64,000 bases of DNA, taken from the NCBI RefSeq assembly GCF_022045235.1, contig NW_027266308.1, forward strand, positions 70,060,001 to 70,124,000, given 5' to 3'. This DNA comes from Haliotis cracherodii. Its lineage: Eukaryota. Position 1 is the first letter of the stretch; each line of letters opens with the position of its first letter. Below are positions 1 to 12,009 of this stretch, piece after piece. The position numbers and the translations under genes were made by a program. The notes below the pieces were generated by a model, which was not told where the DNA came from, made no database searches, and saw only the letters and a program-made list of their open reading frames with translations.

Positions 1-175
1 CCCGTGAAGATCCGGGTCTTCAACAGCCCACGAAACGACTAACAGGATCGGGTGGTCAGGCTCACTGACTTGGTTGATGCATGTCATTGCATCCCATCGA
101 TGCCCATGATGGCAATCACTAGATTGTCTGGTCCAGCTTGCTGAGTGCAGCGTAAAACAACAAACAAAACAAATA
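1..175 (+). mobile_element. SINE-like dispersed repeat, family A (internally deleted copy)
   Basis: Shares blocks (gaagatccgggt, cgactaacaggatcgggtggtcaggctcactgacttggttg, attgtctggtccag, (aaac)n tail) with copies at 29450-29700 (+) and 13865-14025, 38825-38990, 45125-45375 (-). Confidence 0.7.
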
Positions 176-944
176 TACACGGGTCCTATGTGAATCTTCA
201 CTTATGAATATTCATTCTGATCGTGTTTGAGTCATTGTTTCACAGTCCATATTGTTGATTTACATTACTTCACGCGAAGGTCATATAAGTGAGCTACAGA
301 ACATTATGTCTCGGTTGTCTCCGCGTCGTCAACAGTTGAATCTTCAGGGAACTCTTTATTCATAACGTACTAGTAAACCTATCTCGATATAAACGACAAA
401 TCTAAACGAACGTTCAGTTTGCGTTACATTAGCGATGTTTACAGCAAGCTAGTTGACAAAGTGATGACAAGAGTGACGTACGCACTCTGCAACAATACGG
501 ATGGGACAATGACTGGTTGGAGTGATTGTGGAGCACGCACCTGCACTGATGGCCCCGCCGACCTGCCTGTCAGTGATGGTGCTCGGCTGACATTGTTATC
601 ACAACAGGACATCGTATGGTGTGCTGGTGGTGTTGGCTGTACAACTGACGCCGCCATGCTGGTGGAGAGAACCACTTGTCCCCCCTGGCCAGAATGCCAG
701 ACCAATTCTCACAACACCAGGTAGGGCAGCTTACTCTAATGACATGTCGACCTTGATGTGATGGTCAGTGTTGTGTGTCTCCTGCATGTTAACCATGTTG
801 CCATGGTATCTCTGATATATAAACTGTCCAACTGATATGAAACGGTCGCGAAAATATAATCTCGAATATCATACAAAAGTCCCGAGGAAAATGACCGTGA
901 CGGCCCCTTGTATGTCTCCCACAGCCGTAGTCCCTCCACCACAA

Positions 945-2965
945 TACATGTTCTATGTTCAAGAACTGACCTCTATACGCATGTGATAAAAGTCCTGTGT
1001 TCATGCACTGACCTCTATACATGCACGTGATAAAAGCCCCGTGTTCATGCACTGACCTCTATACACATGAGATAAAAGCCCCGTGTTCAAGCAGTGACCT
1101 CTATCCGCATGAGATAAAAGTCCCGTGTTCAAGCAGTGACATCTATCCGCATGAGATAAAAGTCCCGTGTTCATGCACTGACCTCTATACACATGAGATA
1201 AAAGTCCCGTGTTCAAGCACTGACCTCTATACGCATGAGATAAAAGTCCCGTGTTCAAGCACTGACCTCTATACACTTGAGATAAAAGCCCTGTGTTCAA
1301 GCACTGGCCTCTATACACATGAGATAAAAGCCCCGTGTTCAAGCACTGGCCTCTATACACATGAGATCAAAGCCCCGTGTTGGAGAAAAGACCTCTTTAC
1401 TCATGAGATAAAAGTCCCGTGTTCAAGCAGTGACCTCTATCCGCATGAGATAAAAGTCCCGTGTTCAAGCAGTGACCTCTATACGCATGAGATAAAAGTC
1501 CAGTGTTCAAGCATTGACCTCTTTACAAATGAGATAAAAGTCCCATGTTCAAGCACTGACCTCTATCCGCATGAGATAAAAGTCCCGTGTTCATGCACTG
1601 ACCTCTATACACATGAGGTAAAAACCCAGTGTTCATGCACTGACCTCTACACGCATGTGATAAAAGCCCCGTGTTCAAGCACTGACCTCTATACACATGA
1701 GATCAAAGCCCCGTGTTCATGCACTGACCTCTATACACATGAGATAAAAGCCCCGTGTTCAAGCACTGACCTCTATACGCATGAGATAAAAGTCCCGTGT
1801 TCAAGCAGTGACCTCTATCCGCATGAGATAAAAGTCCAGTGTTCAAGCACTGACCTCTATACACATGAGATAAAAGTCCCGTGTTCATGCACTGACCTCT
1901 ATACACATGTGATAAAAGCCCCGTGTTCATGCACTGAACTCTATACGCATGAGATAAAGGTCCTGTGTTCATGCACTGACCTCTGTACTCATGACATAAA
2001 AGTCCCGTGTTGAAGCACTGACCTCTATACACATGAAATCAAAGCCCCGTGTACAAGCACTGACCTCTATACGCATGAGATAAAAGCCCCGTGTTCATGC
2101 ACTGACCTCTATACGCATGAGATAAAAGTCCCGTGTTGGAGAAAAGACCTCTTTACGTATGAGATAAAAGTCCCGTGTTCAAGCAGTGACCTCTATCCGC
2201 ATGAGATAAAAGCCCCGTGTTCAAGCACTGACCTCTATACACATGTGATAAAAGTCCCGTGTTCAAGCACTGACCTCTATACACATGACATAAAAGCCCC
2301 GTGTTCATGCACTGACCTCTATACTCATGACATAAAAGTCCCGTGTTCATGCACTGACCTCTGTACACATGAAATCAAAGTCCCGTGTTCAAGCACTGAC
2401 CTCTATACGCATGAGATAAAAGCCCCGTGTTCAAGCACTGACTCTAAACGCATGAGATAAAAGCCCCGTGTTGGAGAAAAGACCTCTTTACGCATGAGAT
2501 AAAAGTCCCGTGTTCAAGCACTCACCTCTATACACATGTGATAAAAGCCGAGTGTTCATGCACTGACCTCTATACGCATGACATAAAAGCCGAGTGTTCA
2601 TGCACTGACCTCTATACGCATGACATAAAAGCCGAGTGTTCATGCACTGACCTCTATACTCATGACGTAAAAGTCCCGTGTTCAAGCACTGACCTCTATA
2701 CACATGACATAAAAGCCGAGTGTTCATGCACTGACCTCTATACTCATGACGTAAAAGTCCCGTGTTCATGCACTGACCTCTATACACATGAAATCAAAGC
2801 CCCGTGTTCAAGCACTGACTATACGCATGAGATAAAAGCCCCGTGTTCAAGCACTGACCTCTATACGCATGAGATAAAAGCCCCGTGTTCAAGCACTGAC
2901 CTCTATACGCATGAGATAAAAGTCCCGTGTTGAAGCACTGACCTCTATACACATGAGATAAAGCA
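945..2965. repeat. 42-bp minisatellite, ~48 copies
   Basis: Unit cactgacctctatacacatgagataaaagccccgtgttcaag; produces the 14-aa periodic ORFs (HEIKAPCSSTDLYT). Confidence 0.95.
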
Positions 2966-3383
2966 CGGTTCCTCAAAGTGACCGTTCCTGGTGCCTTGAA
3001 TCTTCTTATGTCGATTATCACACATACAAAGTGCAACTTTCTAAGTGTTGTGGTACTTGAGAATAAGTGTTCGAATATTATTCAAATATTTGACTTTTCA
3101 AATATTATTAAGAAAAACATAGTATAAAAGCCTCGACTGTTGAAAAAAACATGCATCCAGAAGAAAAAGAAAACATATCAGTCCTCAGTCCAGGAGTTTC
3201 AGAAGAGGTTTAGAGTGCCACAGATGAATTTTGAGAGGATATTTAAGAGCCTGGTGAAAACGCAAATGTCATAGCAAGGTCAAACTTTAAAGCATCGCAG
3301 CAAACGGCACATGCGTGTTTCGGTCCGACTACTTACCACATATATGTCATATTTAATTTCATTTTGAAACAACTGTCTGAGTA

Positions 3384-3560
3384 ATGACCACAGATAGATT
3401 TCGAAAATCAGATTCGAACCTCTTGTGCAGACGGGGCGGGAACAATGTCAGGTTTCAGTTCACCCCGGCTGTGTCGGAGAACACAATGTTCAGGAAGGAC
3501 GACGCAAGACTGACCCTGGACAAACAGGACAGGACATTAGCTCACTTTACTTTCAGTCAG
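3384..3560 (+). CDS. Possible upstream coding exon of the CD225-like gene
   Basis: ATG-initiated, open, GC-richer segment ending at a good donor (cag|gtgagc at 3561). Linkage to the 5936 exon could not be phased with confidence. Confidence 0.3.
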
Positions 3561-3780
3561 GTGAGCTAATAAATAGGACTAAGAAAATGTAAACCATGGA
3601 TGCAAGTCCGAATGTGATGGGTCAGAAATCACATCAACTTCCACAATACGTCCTGACTTTGTACCGGTCGTGTTATTGTGCAACACATGACCCTAGCATG
3701 ACCATCAAACTCCAGTCTCCCCCGTCACAGCAGACCCTCCATAAATTATACGTGCAGTTTGACTAACACTTAAAATAATA

Positions 3781-5244
3781 TACTGAACAACAAAAGTTCC
3801 TGTGACATTGATTGTTTGCAACAGATAAAAGACTACTGTAAGTGTTTTAATGGTTTAATTTGCCATACTGACTTCAGAAAATGCGTCATTTCATAAAATA
3901 AACATAAACATGCCAAAATATCAATTTACAAATTAATAGCGTGTGTGTCCACCTCTGGTTGCGATGCAAGCAGCACATCTTCGTCTCATGGAATGGACCA
4001 GGCGTCGCACAAAGTCCTGTGGGATATCTGTCCATATCTGCTGTAGCATGTTTCGAAGTTCCTGGAGTGTCTGTGGAACACGTGGTTGACGTCGAAGGCG
4101 CCGATCCATCTCATCCAACATGTGTTCGATTGGTGAGAGATCAAGGGAGCGAGCCGGCCAGGGGATGAATTAACGTTGTTTTGTTGAAGAGAATCCTGAA
4201 CAAGTCGAGCAATATGAGGCCGGGCGTTGTCATGTTGAAAGGTTATGCCTGGGCCATGACGACACAAAAACGGTAGAACAACAGGGCCGATGATCTCGTC
4301 GCGGTAGCGCTGTCCATTGAGATTTCCCTCTACAACTATCAAAAGGGTCCTCTGTCTGGCTGTAATCCCAGCCCATACCATAACGCTGCCGCCCCCGAAC
4401 CGGTCTTCTTCCATGACACAATGATTGACGTAACCTTCACCTCGACGTCGGTACACTCGAATCCGTCCATCACTCATGGCTGAGGTGAAAACGGGACTCG
4501 TCAGTGAATAGAACTTGTCCCCAGAGCATGGCCGTCCAGCGTAGACGCTGTCTGCACCACTGTAAACGTGCTTGACGGTGGTTTCCTGTCAAATGGGACG
4601 TCTGGCGGGTCTTCTGGCGACAATCCCTGCAAATCTGAGGCGACGACGTACGGTTTGTGAAGATATTCGTCGAAGGCCAGTGATGCTTCTTGCAGTCACT
4701 GTTGGTGGCTGGAATCGATTTTGTAGGTTGTTCGAATCCAGTTGTCTTGTCGATTATTGGTTACGCGTGGCCTGCCACTCCGAGGATGGTCTCTGACTGC
4801 ATTCGTATGATGCCAACGTTGCCCTAAACACCAAATGGTGTTTCTGTGGACGTTAAATTGTCTTGCAACATCACGTTGACTCGATCCTGCTTCAAGCATA
4901 CCAATGGCTCGCGGACGCTCATTTTCGGACAGGCGTGGCATTTCGTAATGTTGAATTATTGCGTAATTTTGTTGTTTTTCTGAGTGGTGGTTGTCGGCAC
5001 GATGCTAAACAATGCATTTGGAACCCGTTAACGCACATGTTTTTATACCCATTCTTGGGTAGTGAAATGCATGGGGCTTGCATAAAAGTTAATTTTTGCA
5101 TGGAATGCATGCTTTTCTGTAGCAGTTGCGTTTTTGTGACTTGATTCCACCACAATACAATACTACAGTACTACAATATTGAAAACCAAACTACACTAAA
5201 ATACACTAAAATATTGATGTCACAGGAACTTTTGTTGTTGAGTA
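3781..5244 (-). mobile_element. Tc1/mariner DNA transposon, full length, inactive
   Basis: 28-bp TIRs tact(g/c)aacaacaaaagttcctgtgacat at 3781 and 5217-5244, flanked by TA on both sides; internal Tc1 transposase remnants. Confidence 0.93.
3933..4941 (-). pseudogene. Frameshifted Tc1 (DD34E-type) transposase
   Basis: HTH N-terminus MPRLSENERPRAIGMLEAGSSQRDVARQFNV...RSGRPR, VLFTDESRF, GGGSVMVWAGI, FQHDNARPH, SPIEH, C-terminal GGHTRY; split over several frames. Confidence 0.9.
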
Positions 5245-5935
5245 TATAACAAATTCTTTTCGGAAGAACTTTTCCTCTTCTGCAATGTGGAATTAAGCAA
5301 ACTAGACTTGCCTAGGCTTTTAGTAAAAAGAAGTACCTAAAAAATAAAATATAAATTCCACAGTCAAGACTAACGTGCAGTAAGAGCGTCTTGAAATGGG
5401 ATTCGTGGTTAAATTATGTGGCCTCCATCCATAAAACGGTTTTCCAGCTCTTCTATTAGCGTAAGTCTATATATTGGGGTTACGCCAGTCCTATTTACTA
5501 TTGTATGCATATGTTGTCTTATATCAATGTCTTATCTGAGGTTGACCCTGTTATTTACAGGGCCCAGCTGCAAGTGGGAATGTGGCACTTTACACCGCCA
5601 ATAACGCAAGTAACCATGACAACAATGTAATGCAATAATATACTCTGCATCGTATAGTTCAGTGTTAGTGTTACTGTACAACAGTCTTCTCTGACACCCG
5701 GTACCGTAAGTCCCCGTGACCCCCAGTGATGTGGTCAAGCCGTGGCTACTGGTGGCGGACAGTCCGTGTTTTAAACTGAAAGATAATATTGTTATGCCAA
5801 AATATGTTTGACAAATTTGTATTAATTACTCACTTGTGTATATATCAACTTGTTCTCGTCGCTATATTGCTGAAATAATGCCGATGCGACGTTACTCCAC
5901 TCACTCACTCCAACACCCGGTGCCCTGTGTTTCAG

Positions 5936-6413
5936 GCTGCTCCTCCCACCGACGTACGGCAGCCTTTGTGTATTTGCCACGTGCATCAACCCGGTCCTCG
6001 GCCCTCTCGCCCTCGGGGCAAACCACCGGGCTCTCCGTCTCACACGGCATGGGCACTACACAGTGGCCAACTACTACTACTTCGCCGCCATCTTCTTCAG
6101 CGTTGCATCCTGTGTGAGCACCGTGTGTGCCTTGATCCTGCTGACAGTGGAGCTGTCCATCAGGCGGAGTCAGGAGGCACGTAGACACCGGGAGCCCGAC
6201 GAGCAGACCAAACGCTGCATGCAGTACCTGCACGTACTGGACCCGAGTAGAGCTGTCGTAAGCATAGGCGAAGACGCGTGCAAAGACATCAGCCGTTTCT
6301 CTGCACGGGAAGTGAAGAAGGCGCTCACGGAATCGGCGGTTAAAAGGAAAAAACCCGGCATGAAAATGAAAACTGAGCAGACATCTTTGAACTCTACGGA
6401 TGAAGACAACTGA
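5936..6413 (+). CDS. Terminal exon of a CD225/dispanin (IFITM-like) two-hydrophobic-segment membrane protein
   Basis: Acceptor tgtgtttcag|g at 5935. The frame of ORF 6063 stays open upstream: LLLPPTYGSLCVFATCINPVLGPLALGANHRALRLTRHGHYTVANYYYFAAIFFSVASCVSTVCALILLTVEL..., matching the dispanin layout (hydrophobic segment with P-LG, basic loop ending G-x-x-x-x-A, second hydrophobic helix). Stop at 6411-6413; AATAAA at 7091. Family call is by eye. Confidence 0.55.
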
Positions 6414-6438
6414 AAGGCCGAGTGTGGTCAACCTTGCA

Positions 6439-6870
6439 AAGCATTACTTCTGTGGAAACACACACCAGACGTAGCATTACTTCTGTGGAAACACACACCA
6501 GACGTAGCATTACTTCTGTAGGAACACACACCAGACGTAGCATTACTTCTGTGGAAACACATACCAGACATAGCATTACTTCTGTGGAAACAAACACCAG
6601 ACATAGCATTACTGCTGTAGGAACACACACCAGACGTAGCATTACTTCTGTAGGAAAATACACCCGACGTAGCATTACTTCCGTAGGAACACACACCAGA
6701 CGTAGCGTTACTTCTGTAGGAACACACGCCAGACGTAGCATTACTTCTGTAGAAACACACACCAGACGTAGCATTACTTCTGTAGGAACACACACCAGAC
6801 GTTGCATTACTTCTGAAGGAACACACACCAGACGTAGCGTTACTTCTGTAGGAACACACACCAGACATAT
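6439..6870. repeat. 33-bp minisatellite, ~13 copies
   Basis: Unit agcattacttctgtggaaacacacaccagacgt. Confidence 0.95.
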
Positions 6871-7512
6871 ACAATGACATACCCAATGAAACTACATGAC
6901 AATCTTCCTGTTAGTGAACGTGTAACTTGATACAGTACACAATCTTAAGGACCGTTTGGATCACGTTGGCCGGACATGCACTTATACTTCCATGTCACTG
7001 TTAATGAAATATATGTAACGGGCTACAACTCCGGTATCCGTACATGACATTCCATGTAACCTTGATTATGCTGACTTCCCAACAGAACCGAATAAACTTC
7101 CATGTCTCTTGTAATGTCCAGATTTCTAGCTCCCTGACCATGGTCGGCGAGTCTTCGTTAACCTTACAACACCACTACACAAAAATACGGAAACATTATC
7201 AGCTTAAACCAGTTTGAAGATCGCAATGAATCGATACGTATCCCATCAACGACTTAAATATGGTGGTTCATCATCTGTAAAACCTGTCAGTGTGTATATC
7301 GCTCTATTGACATCATTATTGTTAAACAAGCACGGTGTTAGCTTATGTTGACGTTTGTCACCTTGGTGAATCCCACGTCCACAGATGTGGTGTTGGTTGA
7401 CCAATGATTATTATCGGGTCGAATGTGGGTTCAGACCCGCTATCATAGGCTCCAGGCAGTGTACGGCATCCCAACAATCCACGACCAACCACCCGTGCCC
7501 CCATACCTTGCA

Positions 7513-8480
7513 AAGGATTACTTCTGTGGAAACACACACCAGACGTAGCATTACTTCTGTGGAAACACACACCAGACGTAGCATTACTTCTGTGGAAACA
7601 CACACCAGACGTAGCATTACTTCTCTGGAAACACACACCAGACGTAGCATTACCTCTGTGGAAACACACACCGGACGTAGCATTACTTCTGTAGGAACAC
7701 ACGCCAGACGTAGCATTACTTCTGTAGGAACACACGCCAGACGTAGCATTACTTCTGTGGAAACACACACCAGACGTAGCATTACTTCTGTGGAAACACA
7801 CACCAGACGTAGCATTACTTCTCTGGAAACACACACCAGACGTTGCATTACTTCTGTAGAAACACCAGACGTAGCATTACTTCTGTAGGAACACACACCA
7901 GACGTAGCATTACTGCTGTAGGAAAACACACCAGACGTAGCATTACTTCCGTAGGAACACATACCAGACGTAGCATTACTTCCGTAGGAACACACACCAG
8001 ACGTAGCATTACTTCTGTAGGAACACACACCAGACGTAGCATTACTGCTGTAGGAAAACACACCAGACGTAGCATTACTTCCGTAGGAACACATACCAGA
8101 CGTAGCATTACTTCCGTAGGAACACACACCAGACGTAGCATTACTTCTGTAGGAACACACACCAGACGTAGCATTACTTCTGTGGAAACACACACCAGAC
8201 GTAGCATTACTTCTGTGGAAACACACACCAGACGTAGCATTACTTCTGTGGAAACACATACCAGACATAGCATTACTTCTGTGGAAACAAACACCAGACA
8301 TAGCATTACTGCTGTAGGAACACACACCAGACGTTAGATTACTTCTGTAGGAACACACACCAGACGTAGCATTACTTTTGTAGGAACACACACCGGACGT
8401 AGCATTACTTCTGTAGGAACACACACCAGACGTAGCATTATTTCTGTAGGAACACACACCAGACGTAGCATTACTTCTTT
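7513..8480. repeat. 33-bp minisatellite, ~29 copies
   Basis: Same unit as 6439-6870. Confidence 0.95.
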
Positions 8481-9479
8481 ACGAACATATACAATGACAT
8501 ACCCAATGAAACTACATGACAATCTTCCTGTTAGTGAACGTGTAACTTGATACAGTACACAATCTTAAGGACCGTTTGGATCACGTTGGCCGGACATGCA
8601 CTAATACTTCCATGTCACTGTTAATGAAATATATGTAACGGGCTACAACTCCGGTATCCGTACATGACATTCCATGTAACCTTGATTATGCTGACTTCCC
8701 AACAGAACCGAATAAACTTCCATGTCTCTTGTAATGTCCAGATTTCTAGCTCCCTGACCATGGTCGGCGAGTCTTCGTTAACCTTACAACACCACTACAC
8801 AAAAATACGGAAACATTATCAGCTTAAACCAGTTTGAAGATCGCAATGAATCGATACGTACTCCATCAACGACTTAAATATGGTGGTTCATCATCTGTAA
8901 AACCTGTCAGTGTGTATATCGCTCTATTGACATCATTATTGTTAAACAAGCACGGTGTTAGCTTGATGTTGACGTTTGTCACCTTGGTGAATCCCACGTC
9001 CACAGATGTGGTGTTGGTTGACCAATGATTATTATCGGGTCGAATGTGGGTTCAGACCCGCTATCATAGGCTCCAGGCAGTGTACGGCATCCCAACAATC
9101 CACGACCAACCACCCGTGCCCCCATACGATCATATGTCAAAACGTACAATATTTATTGTTTAGTCCAGACGAAAGAGTTTTCCTTCTCAAGCATGTGTCA
9201 TAGGTGGTCTTCTTGCCCAAACGTGTTTTCATGGATTGTAATCTGGAGTAAAGGACGATTTGGGGATTTTGTAGTCTGGAGACTATATTTGTTTTTTAAT
9301 ATGTATTTTTTTTAGAATTTCTTTCTTTTTTTCAACAGTCTGAAGTATGATTATTTTTTTCTATTTTTTTATGTGACAATTATATTTCTTGCGATAAAAT
9401 CCCAGCGCTGTTCTTTGCCTGTCGCCAAATAAGGCAATGTCAACAGAAGTATACGCTATTTGTAAACTATCAGCGAGGA

Positions 9480-10185
9480 GTTGTCTCATACTGGATACGG
9501 TTGCCTAGACAACCAGATACACGATACTCCAGAGGATGCTAAGAACATGCTAAAACGCCTTGGTTACTTTGACGATATGTACTGGGCCCCAGCGGTCAGG
9601 GACATTCTGACTCCGCGTGGATTTACATATGCATGGATATCACAGGATGTCGGAAATAAAAAATATTCCTAAAAATGTTTTACGTAACGATGTAAAGATT
9701 ACAGACCACGCCCAATACCTGTCAGCTGATATCAGGTGTTGAAAGTCGCTACCTGCCTACTCCATGTTTAAGATGGATATAATATCAGAGATGTATCTAA
9801 CAACTACTCAATCTATACTACTCCATGTTTAAGATGGATATCATATCAGAGATGTATCTAACAACTATTCAATCTATACTACTCCATGTTTAAGATGGAT
9901 ATCATATCAGAGATGTATCTAACAACTATTCAATCTATACTACTCCATGTTTAAGATGGATATCATATCAGATATGTATCTAACAACTATTCAATCTATA
10001 CTACTCCATGTTTAAGATGGATATCATATCAGAGATGTATCTAACAACTATTCAATCTATACTACTCCATGTTTAAGATGGATATCATATCAGAGGTGTA
10101 TTTAACAACTACATGTATTCAATCTATACGTTAACGCAGATGTTTATAGACGTTCAGATGTGGAATATATACCCTAGATATACAA
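9480..10185 (+). mobile_element. Decayed LINE (L2/CR1-group-like) ORF2 C-terminal fragment
   Basis: WAPAVRDILTPRGFTYAWISQDVGN, YSMFKMDIISEMYL and TFRCG-like segments resemble non-LTR ORF2 tails; comparable segments occur at 55400-56550. Confidence 0.55.
9758..10128. repeat. 61-bp tandem repeat, ~6 copies, inside the LINE remnant
   Basis: Unit tactccatgtttaagatggatatcatatcagagatgtatctaacaactattcaatctatac. Confidence 0.92.
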
Positions 10186-10285
10186 TTTTACAGACATTCC
10201 AAAGATAATATTTTAATATCAATGTGTCCTAACGGCAAATATTATTCGACATACATGACATTGTTTTGTCAGATAGTCACAAACT

Positions 10286-11098
10286 TCATGCATACACGCA
10301 ACTGTGGGTCCTGGGAGAGCAGAAGTCCTTGACATTGAAGCCGGCTTTCTCCATGTCCGTTCGGAGACTAGTCATGGTCATTGGGCTGACGGAGGGGGTT
10401 CGGGAGTACACCAGCGTTCCTTCATATTTCCATGACCCTGTTGTCCCACAGTAGTAGATGACGGCGTAGCCAGCGTCCTTGTTGTAAACCATTATCCGCC
10501 ATTGCTCAGCACGGATCAGACCGTTCTCTAATCCAGAAAAGGTCACGATTCCGCCATGTTGGATGTCCTTGACCTCGCCACTCATGTTGGCAACTCGTAC
10601 CCGGAGTGATTGGTTGAGTGTTGGCGCCAAATACTTCTCCGTCATTGTAAAGTTGTGGGTGTCTGGGACAGCAGCGTAAGCCGTCATCTGGCAGGCGAAG
10701 CAGTCGTAGTTCCGGTTCAGACCTAGGATGACGTACCAGTCGCCAGCAAACATGGACAGAGTGAAATTGTTGAGGGGTTGTTCTGTGGGCGGCGAGCACA
10801 CTACTGGCGGGGTCGGTGCTGGGAGGGTGATGCAGTGATGTTGGGTGACGACGCAGTACAGGAAGCTGTCGAGGAGGTCGTTCTCGTAGGTAGCGAGACA
10901 GGTCAGAGCGCAAGACTGGTTGCTGCCGCACCCGCCCAGACAGGAGACAGCTGTCCTACAGTCGTGATCGCTGAAACATTTCGTCATCTGGCTGAAACAA
11001 CGCAGCGTCATGCACGCCACGTTCTGCCCGGTAACCCTTTGGCAGGACATCAACATCAACAGCAGCAGCAGCAGCATTGGGGGAGTCGTCGGAGACAT
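10286..11098 (-). CDS. Violaxanthin de-epoxidase-like (VDE/VDL family) lipocalin, single coding exon, predicted secreted, 270 aa
   Basis: ATG at 11098 in Kozak-like context accgccATG; hydrophobic signal peptide (MLLLLLLMLMSC..VTG); Cys spacing C-4-C-6-C-5-C-5-C-3-C-5-C-3-C-14-C-6-C matches the plant VDE Cys-rich domain; lipocalin motifs NFTLSMFAGDWYVILGLNRNYDCFACQ, EQWRI, YAVIYYCG..SWKYEGTLVYSRTP. No Glu-rich tail. ATTAAA downstream near 10212-10217. Confidence 0.85.
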   Translation of the reverse strand: MSPTTPPMLLLLLLMLMSCQRVTGQNVACMTLRCFSQMTKCFSDHDCRTAVSCLGGCGSNQSCALTCLATYENDLLDSFLYCVVTQHHCITLPAPTPPVVCSPPTEQPLNNFTLSMFAGDWYVILGLNRNYDCFACQMTAYAAVPDTHNFTMTEKYLAPTLNQSLRVRVANMSGEVKDIQHGGIVTFSGLENGLIRAEQWRIMVYNKDAGYAVIYYCGTTGSWKYEGTLVYSRTPSVSPMTMTSLRTDMEKAGFNVKDFCSPRTHSCVYA

Positions 11099-11457
11099 GG
11101 CGGTAGTAGATCCAATACTAAGCAGTTCATGAAATGATGACCTAGATTTGTTGAGGGTTGACAATCTTCAGGCTATCAGTACACTGGCGCGTGATGCTTC
11201 TCATAGTGTAAGGTTATCTAAATAATATCTAACCTGGAATCCAACTGGCCAGACTTGCTTTTGTCTACGTTCCTAGATTGTTTTTTTCCCCATAAAATAA
11301 ATGTATTCCACAGTCATGGTGCAGGAGTAGTCAGCGCACTGCTAGTTTGGCTATATTGTTTATTGTCCGCGGTCACCAGTGTTCCAGGTGTATGACGGCG
11401 GCCCGTAAATACTCGAGGTATCGAGTCTGACCACACGATCCATGAAGTCGCCTCTTA

Positions 11458-12006
11458 TGCCCTCTTTCACTACGACCACGAATATCCCGAATCACCCCGA
11501 AATTCGTGATGATTCGGCCAATAATGCAAACTTTCGTGGCTAATCGGGTTGAAAAATGTAAAGAATGCCAGGAATAGGTTAAGAAACATGTACGAATTAC
11601 AAGATTCATGTACGGATTATACACGAATTGTAAGAATCACCTACGACTAAGTTACGAATATGCCGAATGTTGTTGACTTGGGACATTCGTGGCTGTTTTT
11701 GGATGTTGTCGGGTTGAGGACAAAAATTTTGGGAGCCACGAATCGCTAAGAATAGCCAAGAATGCAAAAAAATCGATTACGAAGCTGTCACGGAACATAA
11801 GAATTAATTACGAATGGATTACGATACAGCCACGAAATTGCAATTCGGGGACCCTTCGATGAACTCCCGCGAACTGTACGAATTTTTGGGAATCAAATAA
11901 GATTCATTTAAGAGCTTCAAGAAATGATTGAGATTTATCTACGAACATGAAAAATTCCATTTTGGGGGTGATTCGGGATATTCGTGGTCGTAGTGAAATG
12001 AGGGCA
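11458..12006. mobile_element. PIF/Harbinger-like MITE
   Basis: ~43-bp TIR tgccctc(a)tttcactacgaccacgaatatcccgaatcacccc at both ends; TTA target duplication at 11455-11457 and 12007-12009. Confidence 0.8.
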
Positions 12007-12009
12007 TTA

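Larger units (their letters stand above)
6431..9127. repeat. Tandem segmental duplication (33-bp array plus ~640-bp unique segment), 2 units
   Basis: 6865-7506 is nearly identical to 8485-9127; both units start accttgcaaag followed by the 33-bp array. Confidence 0.9.

Noticed and set aside
419-724. GC-richer segment with donor-like sites on both strands
   Set aside because: Could be an exon, but I could not assign strand, frame or homology.
945-2965. Long Cys/His-periodic ORFs that might suggest zinc-finger or metal-binding proteins
   Set aside because: They are translations of a 42-bp minisatellite, open on both strands, with no unique flanking coding sequence.
11099-11164. Upstream non-ATG start given by the ORF track for the VDL gene
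   Set aside because: The first ATG at 11098 has a Kozak-like context and directly precedes the signal peptide.
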